From Candidatus Nomurabacteria bacterium (GTDB taxonomy: Bacteria > Patescibacteriota > Minisyncoccia > Phycocordibacterales > UBA9973), in assembly GCA_903862255.1 (NCBI GenBank), contig CAIOXK010000026.1, positions 1 through 40,334 on the forward strand: a stretch of DNA of 40,334 bases. Reading direction: 5' to 3'. The notes beneath the pieces are model-generated. The model worked only from the letters and a program-made list of their open reading frames with translations. It did not search any database and had not been told where the DNA came from. The translations under genes and the position numbers were made by a program. Shown here piece after piece: positions 1 through 9,767 of the stretch (positions are counted from its first letter, which is position 1; each line of letters starts with the position of its first letter).

Positions 1-30
1 AAAAGAAAACCACCCTGTAGTAGGATGGTT
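1..30 (-). terminator. Rho-independent terminator, minus strand
   Basis: Minus strand reads AAACCATCCT-ACTAC-AGGGTGGTTT then TCTTTT; the stem has a G-U pair only in this orientation. Confidence 0.6.
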
Positions 31-305
31 TATATATGTTGAGTTAGAAGGTTTTAGTTTTTGAGTTTTAGTTTTTTGTTTGGAAAGAACAACTAGTGTT
101 GTACGGAGTTAAATGGATTAGTTTGTTTATTCACAAGGAATGATTACGAACAAGTATTTGTAATCGAATGTGTGATGATCTGTATAGGATCTATAATTGT
201 AAAGGCCTTTCGGTCTTTTGTGGAGAAATTATTTAATTGAGAAAGATCTCTTACCTACAAGTATAGTGCAGACAATTAATTATGCAAAGAGGGGGCAGTG
301 GATAA

Positions 306-1232
306 CTATCTTTTACTATGAAATTTCTTATGCACATCGCGTAATTGTTTATCGGTGATGTGTGTATAAATCTGTGTAGTAGCAATGTTTGCATGACCAA
401 GCATTACTTGCACACTACGAATATCTGCACCGTTAGATAGGAGGTCTGTTGCAAATGAGTGGCGCAATACGTGGGGTGTAACTTTCTTTGAAATACCTGC
501 CTTAATTGCATATTCCTGAACAATGCGTTCAATTGATCGAGGTGTGAGCCTTGCAGCGGCACTGTTGCGTGAATTGTTAACAAACATCGCTTCTTCCATA
601 TCTTTTCGTGCTTTTAAATATACCTTGATAGCATCCTTGGCTTCTTCTGAAAGAAATACTACACGCACCTTTTCCCCCTTACCGCGAATAGAAAATTCAT
701 CTCGAGTCAGGTCGAGATCTCTATTAAGAGAGCAGAGTTCTGCTAGGCGCAACCCTGTCGAAAAAAATAATTCTAGTAACGCTTTGTCACGAAATGCTTT
801 AAGTCGGGCTTCGTCCGACATAGCCTTGGCGGAGTCGGGAGCTTTCAATAGACGAATAAGCTCATCTGTAGAAATAAGATCAAGATCACGGGCGCCAACT
901 TTTGCCAACTCAATAACGTCAGGACTAACCGAAATAATATTGATCTTCTTTAGATATTTTAAAAATGAGCGCAACGCTATCATATGATAGTTCTGCGTTG
1001 TTTTTTTCATCGTATTACCACCCTGCCCCTTTGTTTTCATCCCGGGAGCACGATTTAATTGAACGCGAAACTGGCGAATAGCAGATTCTGTGATATCTGA
1101 TGGCTTTTTAACACTCATTTGTTCAAAAAACTTAGTAAGGTAATGATCGTAGTTTCGACTCGTCAGAGGACTACGCCCTTTTTCAATTTCAATGTATTCC
1201 AAAAATTGAGCTTTTGCGTCTGAGATAGTCAT
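306..1232 (-). CDS. Tyrosine recombinase, XerC/XerD family
   Basis: N-terminal SAM-like domain ([19 protein letters not shown]); catalytic motifs [32 protein letters not shown]. Confidence 0.92.
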   Translation of the reverse strand: MTISDAKAQFLEYIEIEKGRSPLTSRNYDHYLTKFFEQMSVKKPSDITESAIRQFRVQLNRAPGMKTKGQGGNTMKKTTQNYHMIALRSFLKYLKKINIISVSPDVIELAKVGARDLDLISTDELIRLLKAPDSAKAMSDEARLKAFRDKALLELFFSTGLRLAELCSLNRDLDLTRDEFSIRGKGEKVRVVFLSEEAKDAIKVYLKARKDMEEAMFVNNSRNSAAARLTPRSIERIVQEYAIKAGISKKVTPHVLRHSFATDLLSNGADIRSVQVMLGHANIATTQIYTHITDKQLRDVHKKFHSKR

Positions 1233-1325
1233 ATATTACATATAGTATATCTCACTATTGCCATATTTTACGACTATAGTGCCCTGCTTGCTTTTTATAG
1301 CTGGTTGTGGTATGATACTTACATC

Positions 1326-1586
1326 ATGTTAACGACCAAGAAAAAACAATCAGTAATCAAGAAGCACCAGGAGCATACTACAGACACTGGATCAAAGACA
1401 GTTCAGGTAGCCATGCTTACACAGCGCATCGAAACATTAGCTGATCACTTGAAGACACACAAGAAGGACAATCACTCTCGCCGTGGACTTATCAAGATGG
1501 TAGCAGATCGTCGCGGTCACCTAAAGATTCTTGAAAAAACCAGTCCTGAAAAGCACAAAGCTGCTCTAAAGATTATCAAAGCTTAA
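1326..1586 (+). CDS. rpsO: 30S ribosomal protein S15
   Basis: [13 protein letters not shown]...[15 protein letters not shown] signature; ATG 1326 preferred, downstream of TTGCTT-17-TATGAT (1288-1316). Confidence 0.97.
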   Translation: MLTTKKKQSVIKKHQEHTTDTGSKTVQVAMLTQRIETLADHLKTHKKDNHSRRGLIKMVADRRGHLKILEKTSPEKHKAALKIIKA

Positions 1587-1611
1587 GTAAATCCCTCAAC
1601 ATAGCTCGGGA

Positions 1612-1658
1612 TAAAATATAAAGACCTCTCATAATATATGAGAGGTCTTTATATTTTA
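1612..1658. terminator. 22-bp perfect inverted repeat after rpsO, likely terminator
   Basis: TAAAATATAAAGACCTCTCATA-ATA-TATGAGAGGTCTTTATATTTTA. Confidence 0.7.
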
Positions 1659-1674
1659 GGTGTATAATCAACAC

Positions 1675-2184
1675 ATGGCAGTTATAAAACAAAAAGATCA
1701 GCGTGTGGGAATTTTCATAGATGCACAAAACCTGTACCACACAGCAAAAAATCTTTATAAAAGAAAAGTAAATTTTGGTAACGTAGTAAAAGACTTATTA
1801 GCCGGACGAACACTTATTCGTTCAATAGCATATGTTATCACCACTGAGAACGGTGACGAAACAGCATTTTTGAGTGCGCTTATTAAAGCAGGAATTGAAA
1901 CAAAATCTAAAGATCTGCAAATTTTTTATGATGGTAGCAAAAAAGCAGACTGGGACATCGGACTAACGATTGATGCTGTATCGATGGCACCAAAACTCGA
2001 TACTATTATTATAGTATCCGGTGACGGTGACTTTGTCCCACTGTGTAATTATTTGCGTTATCACCATGGTGTTCAAGTCGAAGCAGCAACTTTTGGAAAG
2101 TCTGCATCATCAGCCCTAAAAGAAGTAGTTGATGAATTTGTCGACCTATCTGATAATCATAAAAAATATTTAATTGGTTACTAA
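1675..2184 (+). CDS. NYN domain protein (LabA/DUF88, PIN-like)
   Basis: IFIDAQNL, KKADWDIGLTID and SGDGDFVPL acidic motifs; ATG 1675 follows TATAAT. Confidence 0.9.
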   Translation: MAVIKQKDQRVGIFIDAQNLYHTAKNLYKRKVNFGNVVKDLLAGRTLIRSIAYVITTENGDETAFLSALIKAGIETKSKDLQIFYDGSKKADWDIGLTIDAVSMAPKLDTIIIVSGDGDFVPLCNYLRYHHGVQVEAATFGKSASSALKEVVDEFVDLSDNHKKYLIGY

Positions 2185-2201
2185 TATATAACAACTACGT
2201 A

Positions 2202-3092
2202 ATGGACCCAATTAAGCCCAATATAATAATCGAAACTCCTGAAACTGATCTCGCGAAAGAAAGGCAGCATGCAATGTCACATACATATCAAGACGATTTG
2301 GCTAAGGCTATGAATGCGACTGAGGTAGGGGACGTACAAAAAATGCTAACAGAAGCTCGCGAACAAGAAACAGAGGCAGCAATTGAAGTAGAGGAGTTGC
2401 AAGAAAAAAAATGGTACAGCACGACAAGTCTTATCTTAATCCTATTAACCCTTGGAGTAATAGCATACGGTGCATATTACTATATGCACCTTACAGTACC
2501 AGTACAGCCAGCTATTTCAGTTGGCGTATTTCAAAATAGCGACCCTATTGTTGTAAGCACAACAACAATTAAAGACGTAATTGCTTCACTCAAAACTTCA
2601 ACTAGCCTAACTGTGGGAAAGCCAACACTAGTTAATCTTATTACCGACGCACAATCGAAGACTCCAATCTCAACAGCACAACTATACTCATTTATTGGAG
2701 CATCGCTTACAGAACCATTGGCAGCATCAATAAATAGTGCCCGCCTTGGTGTAGTAAATACTGGACAAGATGTACTACCATTCATTGTGGCATCAATCTC
2801 TGATCCAGAAAAAGCTTCAAATGAATTTACTATTGCAGAGCCAATACTTCTTAATATGTTTGCACCGGCACTTAATATTAATACCGCTACAATTCCTCAA
2901 CAGCCAGCACAGGTATTCAGGAGCCAATATTTTTACAATCTTCCTGTACGAAGCCTATATACTACTGACACTACTACAAATCAACCAAAAATTATTTTCC
3001 TATACGGGTATGCAACAAATAATGTATTAGTAATAACAACAGCCCCTGAAGTATTAAAGGCTGTATACGATACAGTAATTTCCCAACATTAA
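2202..3092 (+). CDS. Hypothetical single-pass membrane protein
   Basis: 296 aa ORF; acidic N-terminus, one hydrophobic segment (LILILLTLGVIAYGAYYY), soluble C-terminal domain. Confidence 0.75.
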   Translation: MDPIKPNIIIETPETDLAKERQHAMSHTYQDDLAKAMNATEVGDVQKMLTEAREQETEAAIEVEELQEKKWYSTTSLILILLTLGVIAYGAYYYMHLTVPVQPAISVGVFQNSDPIVVSTTTIKDVIASLKTSTSLTVGKPTLVNLITDAQSKTPISTAQLYSFIGASLTEPLAASINSARLGVVNTGQDVLPFIVASISDPEKASNEFTIAEPILLNMFAPALNINTATIPQQPAQVFRSQYFYNLPVRSLYTTDTTTNQPKIIFLYGYATNNVLVITTAPEVLKAVYDTVISQH

Positions 3093-3141
3093 TTAACATT
3101 GTCATCTTGTGCTTTTGCTCTAGCATGTTAGTATACGGGGT

Positions 3142-3495
3142 ATGAATACACAGTCTTTTAAAGAAAAGCTAGAAATTGAAAAGAAGAGTTTGGAAGAGGA
3201 ATTGAGCCAAATTGGAATTTTCAATACAGAAACCAATGTATGGGAAGCTACTCCTGATCAAGACATGATGGGTGAAATTGATGATAATGATGCAGCTGAT
3301 CGCTTTGAAGACTTCGAGGAGCGTACAGCAATGGTAACAACACTTCAGTCTCGTCTTGGCGATATCAACATTGCACTAGGTAAGATTGAAAGCAATACTT
3401 TTGGTATGTGCGAAGTATGTAACAGTCCGATTGAAGATGATCGTCTTAATGCAAATCCAGCCGCGCGTACCGATAAGGCTCACATGAACGAATAA
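3142..3495 (+). CDS. DksA/TraR family transcription factor
   Basis: Coiled coil with acidic tip DDNDAAD, then ALGKIESNTFGMCEVC...IEDDRLNANPAART. Confidence 0.85.
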   Translation: MNTQSFKEKLEIEKKSLEEELSQIGIFNTETNVWEATPDQDMMGEIDDNDAADRFEDFEERTAMVTTLQSRLGDINIALGKIESNTFGMCEVCNSPIEDDRLNANPAARTDKAHMNE

Positions 3496-3535
3496 CTTTA
3501 GTTTTTATTGAATATGAAAATGCCATACTACACGT

Positions 3536-5044
3536 ATGGCATTTTCTATTATTAACAGTGCACAGCTTACAGGACTAGGAGCCTCGGGGGTGGCCGTCGA
3601 GACTGATATTAGTAGGGGGTTGTATCTATTTCAAATCGTAGGACTACCTGATAAGGCTGTCGAAGAAGCAAGAGAGCGGGTAACTAGTGCCTTAAGAAAT
3701 AGTCTTAACAAAAATCCAAAATCAGAAAACGCAAAGATTATAGTAAGTCTTTCACCTGCAGAAATTAAAAAAGAGGGCTCGTATTTCGATATCGCTATTG
3801 CATTAGGATACCTGACTGCCAGTGAAACGATACATTTCGATGCAACAAACAAAGTATTTGTTGGAGAACTAGGGCTAAATGGAGATGTTAGACCTATTCG
3901 TGGATTATTGTCCATTGCCTTATGGGCTAAACAAAAAGGCGTTGCTGAACTATATATACCAATAGGAAATGAGAGGGAGGCGCAACTTGTTGAGGGTGTA
4001 ACTTTTTTTCTTGTGCCTACACTATCTGCACTAGTTGATCATCTACTAGGAGCCGAGTATTTGAATACTGTTTCACCATCAATACGTATTGAGACGCATG
4101 AACATAGGGGTATTGATTTTGGTGATGTAAAAGGACAAGTAGTAGCAAAGAGGGCTCTAACTATCGCAGCTAGCGGTGGACACAACATAGTACTATATGG
4201 ACCACCTGGTACAGGCAAGACAATGCTCGCAAAAGCTTTTCATGGCATATTGCCCGCTCTATCTAATGAACATTTCTTGGAGGTCGCAACAATATATTCT
4301 AGTATCGGACTAATTGATACAGTACTTAGCGGGAATCCTCCATTACGCAACCCTCACCATAGCGCATCACATATCGCCATCATTGGCGGCGGTTCAAATA
4401 TTCGACCGGGAGATATTACACTTTCGCATCGTGGTATTTTATACCTAGATGAATTTCCCGAATTCGATCGACGCGTGATCGAAGCATTACGTGAACCACT
4501 TGAAGATGGCAGTATCACTGTTGCCAGAGCAAAAGGTAGTGTACGATTTCCCGCAGAATTTATTTTACTTGCAGCTATGAATCCTTGTCCGTGTGGATAC
4601 CGAGGAAGCGGTATCAAACCTTGCAGTTGCACAGGAGTAGAGATTGCTCGATACAATAAAAAACTTTCTGGACCGATCATGGACCGTATCGACCTATGGG
4701 TACCAGTGCAACACATTGAGTATGAGTCATTGCACGAAGTAGGAAATAATAATGAAAGTATTCGAGTACAACAAAAAGTCCGTGAACTGAGATCACTGCA
4801 AGAAGTACGGGTAGGGAAACTCAATGGCGCAATGTCGTCACAAGAAGTTCATACAAAAAGCAATCTCACAGAAAGCGCCAAGAAACAATTACAACAGTTT
4901 GCAGAGCGTATGAAATTATCCCCACGATCATATCTTCGAACTATAAAAGTCTCGCGCACTATCGCGGATTTAGATGGATCTCCAACAATAGAGGAGAGGC
5001 ATGTTTTAGAGGCACTTCAATATCGTCCAAAGTTGGATTCGTAA
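3536..5044 (+). CDS. comM: ComM/YifB Mg-chelatase-like AAA+ ATPase
   Basis: IVGLPDKAVEEARERV, Walker A GPPGTGKT, PHHSAS, LYLDEFPEF, AAMNPCPCG, RTIADL. Confidence 0.93.
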   Translation: MAFSIINSAQLTGLGASGVAVETDISRGLYLFQIVGLPDKAVEEARERVTSALRNSLNKNPKSENAKIIVSLSPAEIKKEGSYFDIAIALGYLTASETIHFDATNKVFVGELGLNGDVRPIRGLLSIALWAKQKGVAELYIPIGNEREAQLVEGVTFFLVPTLSALVDHLLGAEYLNTVSPSIRIETHEHRGIDFGDVKGQVVAKRALTIAASGGHNIVLYGPPGTGKTMLAKAFHGILPALSNEHFLEVATIYSSIGLIDTVLSGNPPLRNPHHSASHIAIIGGGSNIRPGDITLSHRGILYLDEFPEFDRRVIEALREPLEDGSITVARAKGSVRFPAEFILLAAMNPCPCGYRGSGIKPCSCTGVEIARYNKKLSGPIMDRIDLWVPVQHIEYESLHEVGNNNESIRVQQKVRELRSLQEVRVGKLNGAMSSQEVHTKSNLTESAKKQLQQFAERMKLSPRSYLRTIKVSRTIADLDGSPTIEERHVLEALQYRPKLDS

Positions 5045-5178
5045 TTAAAAAATTTTCATCCCCAATACCACCATAGTCACATCATCACAGATAGCTGGGC
5101 GCAAGAGATAAAAATAAAAGGTCCGTTTCAGGACTTTTTATTTTTGTCTCTGCAGCATGGGTACGGGAGGTACGTACC

Positions 5179-6315
5179 TTAAATTGAATACACAGTTCCT
5201 TTCGCGTCTGACCCCCATGGATTTGTTGCTCCACGAATTTCGAAGTGCAGGTGAGCGCCAGTAACTTTTCCAGTTCTTCCAGAAAAACCAATCGGTTCAC
5301 CTTGAGTAACTACTTCACCGAGAGTAACAGAAACTTGTGAAAGGTGAGCGTACAAAGTTTGTGTATTGTTTGGATGAGAAACAACAATATAGTTACCGTA
5401 CCCTCCATTATATTTTCCATCACCACTTGCAACAATGATCGTACCGTCAGCAGCTGCATGCACAGTTGTACCAACTGGGGCGGCGATATCGATAGCATTC
5501 ACATCATGAATACCTTGACTTAACCTTCCTGAAATAGGCTGTGCATAATATCCACGAATGTCTTCTGAGGGAATAGCATATTTTGCGGCCGCTGGGGTTT
5601 GTTTCACTACAATAGAATATGTATCTTCAGTTACAGGATTTGTCACAGTCATAGTTGTTCCTGGTGTAGGTGTAAGTACTGGAGTAACTGGTATTTCAAT
5701 CTGAGAAATATTTTCTGGAACAGTTGCCACATCATGAGTAGATGACGCAGTTGAAGTAGTATCAAGAGGCTCTACATTTGGAATATGTAACTTCATCCCG
5801 AGTTTCAGGCTATCCGCATTGTCCAGATCATTTGCATTCAAAATATCATTTTGATCTGCGCCGAATTTTTCAGCAATCTGACTAAGAGTGTCCCCGTTTT
5901 TTACCTCGTAAATAATTCCACTAGTAGGGAGAATAGTAAGAGTATCGCCAACCTTAATTGTTGCTTTACTACTGATGCCGTTTGACCAGCGAATAGTGTT
6001 CACAGAGATATCAAATTTCTGAGCAATACTCGAAAGAGTGTCACCTTTCTTAACTGTATATCTAGAGATAGTATTGTCACCGACAACAGAAACACTGTTG
6101 GCAGTTATTTTCTCACCCTTCACTAAGACTTTAGTTTTTGAAACATTTTTTTTATTTTTCGCAGCAGTCTTTTTTACTACAGCTGGGACAGGCTTAGAAA
6201 CTTTTGCTGGGCTTTTTTTGGTTGCAGCAAAGGCTGTCGTCGAAGCGAAACTAAGAAGTGCGATTGTTATAATAAGGAACGCGATGCGTTTCCTTGGTAA
6301 ATCGATAGGTACCAT
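5179..6315 (-). CDS. Exported LysM x2 / M23 peptidase
   Basis: Signal-like N-terminus; LysM repeats YTVKKGDTLSSIA and YEVKNGDTLSQIA; M23 motifs H-x4-D, YAHL, HLHFE; start moved from 6375 to ATG 6315. Confidence 0.9.
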   Translation of the reverse strand: MVPIDLPRKRIAFLIITIALLSFASTTAFAATKKSPAKVSKPVPAVVKKTAAKNKKNVSKTKVLVKGEKITANSVSVVGDNTISRYTVKKGDTLSSIAQKFDISVNTIRWSNGISSKATIKVGDTLTILPTSGIIYEVKNGDTLSQIAEKFGADQNDILNANDLDNADSLKLGMKLHIPNVEPLDTTSTASSTHDVATVPENISQIEIPVTPVLTPTPGTTMTVTNPVTEDTYSIVVKQTPAAAKYAIPSEDIRGYYAQPISGRLSQGIHDVNAIDIAAPVGTTVHAAADGTIIVASGDGKYNGGYGNYIVVSHPNNTQTLYAHLSQVSVTLGEVVTQGEPIGFSGRTGKVTGAHLHFEIRGATNPWGSDAKGTVYSI

Positions 6316-6566
6316 AAGGTTATGCAGATAATCATAGCAAGGATTATAGGGTAATTTATATAACACAACACCCATATAATGACGTCAATCGTTTTTAGTA
6401 AAAATACCTTGAAAATACTAGGGATTGACACTTTTTAAGATAATTTGTGAAATCTAGTATGTCCTGAAGCCCTTATAGAATATGGCTAATTTTCCATTCT
6501 GATTTCTTCGCCCGCCGTAGATTTATCGAAGGAGGGTGGGTGTTCTTTAGGTGTTACAATTGAGGG

Positions 6567-8534
6567 ATGCAATTTCTAGAAGGACTAAATGACGCCCAAA
6601 AAAAAGCTGTACTAACAAAAGAAGGGCCTTTATTAATAGTGGCAGGAGCTGGGGCTGGTAAGACAAAAACAATTGTTCATCGTATTTGTAATTTAATCGA
6701 GGGAGGCGTTTCACCGAGTGGAATCCTTGCCGTTACATTTACCAACAAGGCTGCGAAGGAAATGCGAGAGAGAGTAATCTCACAACTTGAAACTATTCCT
6801 TCTGCGCTTCGCACTCCTGGTATACCGTTCGTTAGTACGTTTCATAGCCTTGGAGTATTTTTACTCAGAAAGTTTGGAGCATACGATACTCAGGTGAAAC
6901 GTTTCACCATTCTTGATGATGGAGACACAATGTCTCTAATAAAAGAATCATTGCAATACTTTGGACTTGATCCAAAAATGAACGAACCGCGTGCAATACG
7001 AAGTCTAATCAGTCGTTCAGCCAATGCACTGCAAGACCCTGATAAACTTCTGAATGATAGTAATCCGCGAAACAGAATCACAGGACAAGTATGGAAACGT
7101 TACACAGCACTTAAGCGTGAACAAAAATCACTCGACTTTGATGATTTGTTATTGGAAACAGTGAAACTACTTGAAGGCAATGAAACGGTTCGTGCCTGGT
7201 GTCATGACACATGGCAGTACATCCACATCGATGAGTACCAAGATACCAATGAGGTGCAGTATCGCATTGCTAAAGCACTCGCGGGTAGTAGAAAAAATTT
7301 ATGTGTAGTGGGAGACTCTGATCAAAGTATTTATTCTTGGCGCGGAGCAAACATCAAAAATATTTTGGAGTTCGAGCGAGACTATCCTGAAGCAACAGTG
7401 GTACTACTTGAAGAAAATTATCGATCAACAAAAACTGTCATTGCTGCCGCAAACGTGATCGTGAATAAAAATACGTACCGTACTCCGAAAGAACTTTTTA
7501 CCAACAATGCCGAAGGGGAGCTGATCTCTGTGTACTCAGCATATGACGAAAACGATGAAGCAAAATTTATTGCAGAACAATGTATCGAAAAAATTGATCA
7601 GGGCGAGAAACCAGAAGACATCGCGATTTTGTTCCGTACAAATTTCCAATCTCGCGCACTCGAAGAAGCGCTACTGTCGTACAGCGTTCCTTACCAAGTA
7701 CTCGGTGTGAAATTCTTCGAACGCAAAGAAGTGAAAGATGTGCTTTCATACATTCGCGCCGCCCAATATCGTGACAGTATTGTTGATATCAAACGTACCA
7801 TCAACACTCCTGTTCGAGGTATTGGAAAAGTAACGATTGATAAATTATTTTCTACTCGATCAGTAGAACTTCCATATGGTGAACTTTCTGGTAAGGGATT
7901 GCTTTCTGTAAAAACTTTTTTTGAACTTCTTGATCGTGTGAAAGATTTTTCTGAAATTCATTCTGTATCAGAAACTATTAAATACATCATTGTAGAAAGT
8001 GGCATGCAGAAGGCATATAAAGAAGACAAGGTTGATGGGGAAGAACGTCTTGAGAACCTGGAAGAATTAGTGACACTTGGTTTGCGGTACGATCACTATG
8101 ATGGATTCGAGGGGTTAGAAAAATTATTGGAAGATGCAACGCTAATGAGCGACCAAGATAATTTGGACAAAGATAGTGGTAGTGATAAAAATAAAAAAGG
8201 TGCTGAAAAAAATGGTGTGAAGTTGATGACAATTCACGCGGCCAAAGGATTAGAGTTCGGAACAGTTTTTGTAACTGGACTTGAGCATGGATTATTTCCA
8301 CACCAGCGTGATGCAAAGCTCACTGGAGCAGATGCAGAAGAAGAGCGCCGACTCATGTATGTGGCAGTGACTCGTGCTCGTAGAAAATTATATTTGACCT
8401 ACGCAAGTATGCGAACAATTTTTGGCATGCGTGACGTTCGACTTCCATCTGAATTTTTGATGGATGTGCCAGATGAATATATTCAACGTGAAAGTCGCAG
8501 CGGTTCTGAGTCGGGCTTTACTGTCTTCCTCTAG
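6567..8534 (+). CDS. pcrA: UvrD/PcrA ATP-dependent DNA helicase
   Basis: AGAGAGKT, TFTNKAAKEM, IDEYQDTN, VGDSDQSIYSWRGA, ENYRST, TIHAAKGLEF, YVAVTRA. Confidence 0.95.
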   Translation: MQFLEGLNDAQKKAVLTKEGPLLIVAGAGAGKTKTIVHRICNLIEGGVSPSGILAVTFTNKAAKEMRERVISQLETIPSALRTPGIPFVSTFHSLGVFLLRKFGAYDTQVKRFTILDDGDTMSLIKESLQYFGLDPKMNEPRAIRSLISRSANALQDPDKLLNDSNPRNRITGQVWKRYTALKREQKSLDFDDLLLETVKLLEGNETVRAWCHDTWQYIHIDEYQDTNEVQYRIAKALAGSRKNLCVVGDSDQSIYSWRGANIKNILEFERDYPEATVVLLEENYRSTKTVIAAANVIVNKNTYRTPKELFTNNAEGELISVYSAYDENDEAKFIAEQCIEKIDQGEKPEDIAILFRTNFQSRALEEALLSYSVPYQVLGVKFFERKEVKDVLSYIRAAQYRDSIVDIKRTINTPVRGIGKVTIDKLFSTRSVELPYGELSGKGLLSVKTFFELLDRVKDFSEIHSVSETIKYIIVESGMQKAYKEDKVDGEERLENLEELVTLGLRYDHYDGFEGLEKLLEDATLMSDQDNLDKDSGSDKNKKGAEKNGVKLMTIHAAKGLEFGTVFVTGLEHGLFPHQRDAKLTGADAEEERRLMYVAVTRARRKLYLTYASMRTIFGMRDVRLPSEFLMDVPDEYIQRESRSGSESGFTVFL

Positions 8535-8551
8535 TAGTGCACTATGGTGAG

Positions 8552-9346
8552 ATGAAAGCAAAGAAACATCTTGGGCAGCATTTCTTAAAATCTGAAAGTG
8601 CTCTTAGAAAAATTTTAGAGGCAGGACAAGTAAATACTGAAGACAGTATTCTTGAAATCGGACCGGGCACTGGAGCACTAACAGACTTTCTTGTAGGTAA
8701 ATCAAAGAAGGTAATTGCTATTGAAAAGGATCGCGACTTGATTCCACTATTGGAGGAAAAATATTCAAAGGAAATTGCGGGGAATGGCTTTGAATTAGTA
8801 GAGGCAGATATTTTGAAGTTTGATCCATCATTACTCTCCGGAAGATTCGATACACCTCACTACAAACTAATTGCTAACATTCCGTATTATATTACTGGTG
8901 CTATCATCGAAAAATTCCTTAGTACACCATTTCAACCGACATGTATGGTTGTACTCATTCAAAAAGAAGTGGCTGAGCGCATTATTGCTCGTGACCACAA
9001 AGAAAGTATTTTATCGATTGCTGTGAAAGCATACGGTATTCCAAAACTTGTTGCAAAAGTGCCGCCAGGAGCTTTTGTGCCGCCACCATCAGTTGATTCA
9101 GCCATTCTTTCAATTGAGGGAATTACTCGTGATTTCTTTGTTGATGCAGATGAAGCGCTCTTCTTTAAGGTATTGAAGGGTGTATTCGGTAAAAAACGTA
9201 AGCAAATTGGCGGTAGTCTAGCAGAACTACTCGGTAATAAAGAAAAAACTACACTAGCTTTAGAAAAATCTGGCATCGATGGTAAAACTCGCCCGGAAGA
9301 TATTTCTCTTGAAACTTGGAAAAAACTGACACAAGCACTGCAATAG
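8552..9346 (+). CDS. rsmA: 16S rRNA m6(2)A dimethyltransferase
   Basis: KKHLGQHFL, LEIGPGTG, ANIPYYIT, FVPPPSVDS. Confidence 0.96.
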   Translation: MKAKKHLGQHFLKSESALRKILEAGQVNTEDSILEIGPGTGALTDFLVGKSKKVIAIEKDRDLIPLLEEKYSKEIAGNGFELVEADILKFDPSLLSGRFDTPHYKLIANIPYYITGAIIEKFLSTPFQPTCMVVLIQKEVAERIIARDHKESILSIAVKAYGIPKLVAKVPPGAFVPPPSVDSAILSIEGITRDFFVDADEALFFKVLKGVFGKKRKQIGGSLAELLGNKEKTTLALEKSGIDGKTRPEDISLETWKKLTQALQ

Positions 9347-9384
9347 CACTAGGTTGAAAAACTGGAACACGCTATAATAAAAAA

Positions 9385-9756
9385 ATGAAAAAACATATGA
9401 TCATTAGTATTGCAATCGTTGCCATACTATTAATAGTACCAATGGTGGCCCACGCAGCATTTACTAGATCTTTTGGTGGCAAAGTAAAACTAACATCAGT
9501 CCCACTTATTACTTGTACAGGTAGCGGTACAGGCCCAGTAGTAATTTCAAATACTAAAGGATTTCCGCTGTATGCAACAGATGAATCAAATGCTCCTGCA
9601 GTAGGCGATTTCATTCTTGGCAAAGTGAATATCATACCAGAATTCAGCACATGCCAGCTCCAAGTAGGAACTTTTAAAATTCCTTTTCCAGTCACAGATA
9701 CGAGTAAATACAAAATTTCTGGGGGGTCTGGTCGCTTTGGCGGTTTTGGATTTTAA
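9385..9756 (+). CDS. Hypothetical secreted protein
   Basis: Signal peptide ending AHA; two Cys; TATAAT 6 nt upstream of ATG. Confidence 0.7.
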   Translation: MKKHMIISIAIVAILLIVPMVAHAAFTRSFGGKVKLTSVPLITCTGSGTGPVVISNTKGFPLYATDESNAPAVGDFILGKVNIIPEFSTCQLQVGTFKIPFPVTDTSKYKISGGSGRFGGFGF

Positions 9757-9767
9757 CCTTATATAAT

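Noticed and set aside
298-306. Isolated DnaA-box-like AGTGGATAA
   Set aside because: Single one-mismatch copy; expected by chance
523-987. Antisense ORF and the many similar short shadow ORFs in the track
   Set aside because: They lie opposite or inside well-supported genes and show no motifs
306-1232. Xer gene as integron or ICE integrase for the T4SS-like cluster
   Set aside because: Typical chromosomal Xer length with no IntI-specific insertion evident, no attC array, and separated from the cluster by core genes
5085-5300. 71-aa minus ORF
   Set aside because: Overlaps the M23 gene end out of frame; no recognisable features
6316-6566. Possible ncRNA or dif site in the LysM-pcrA gap
   Set aside because: Explained by divergent promoters; no convincing long stem or XerC/D arm match seen
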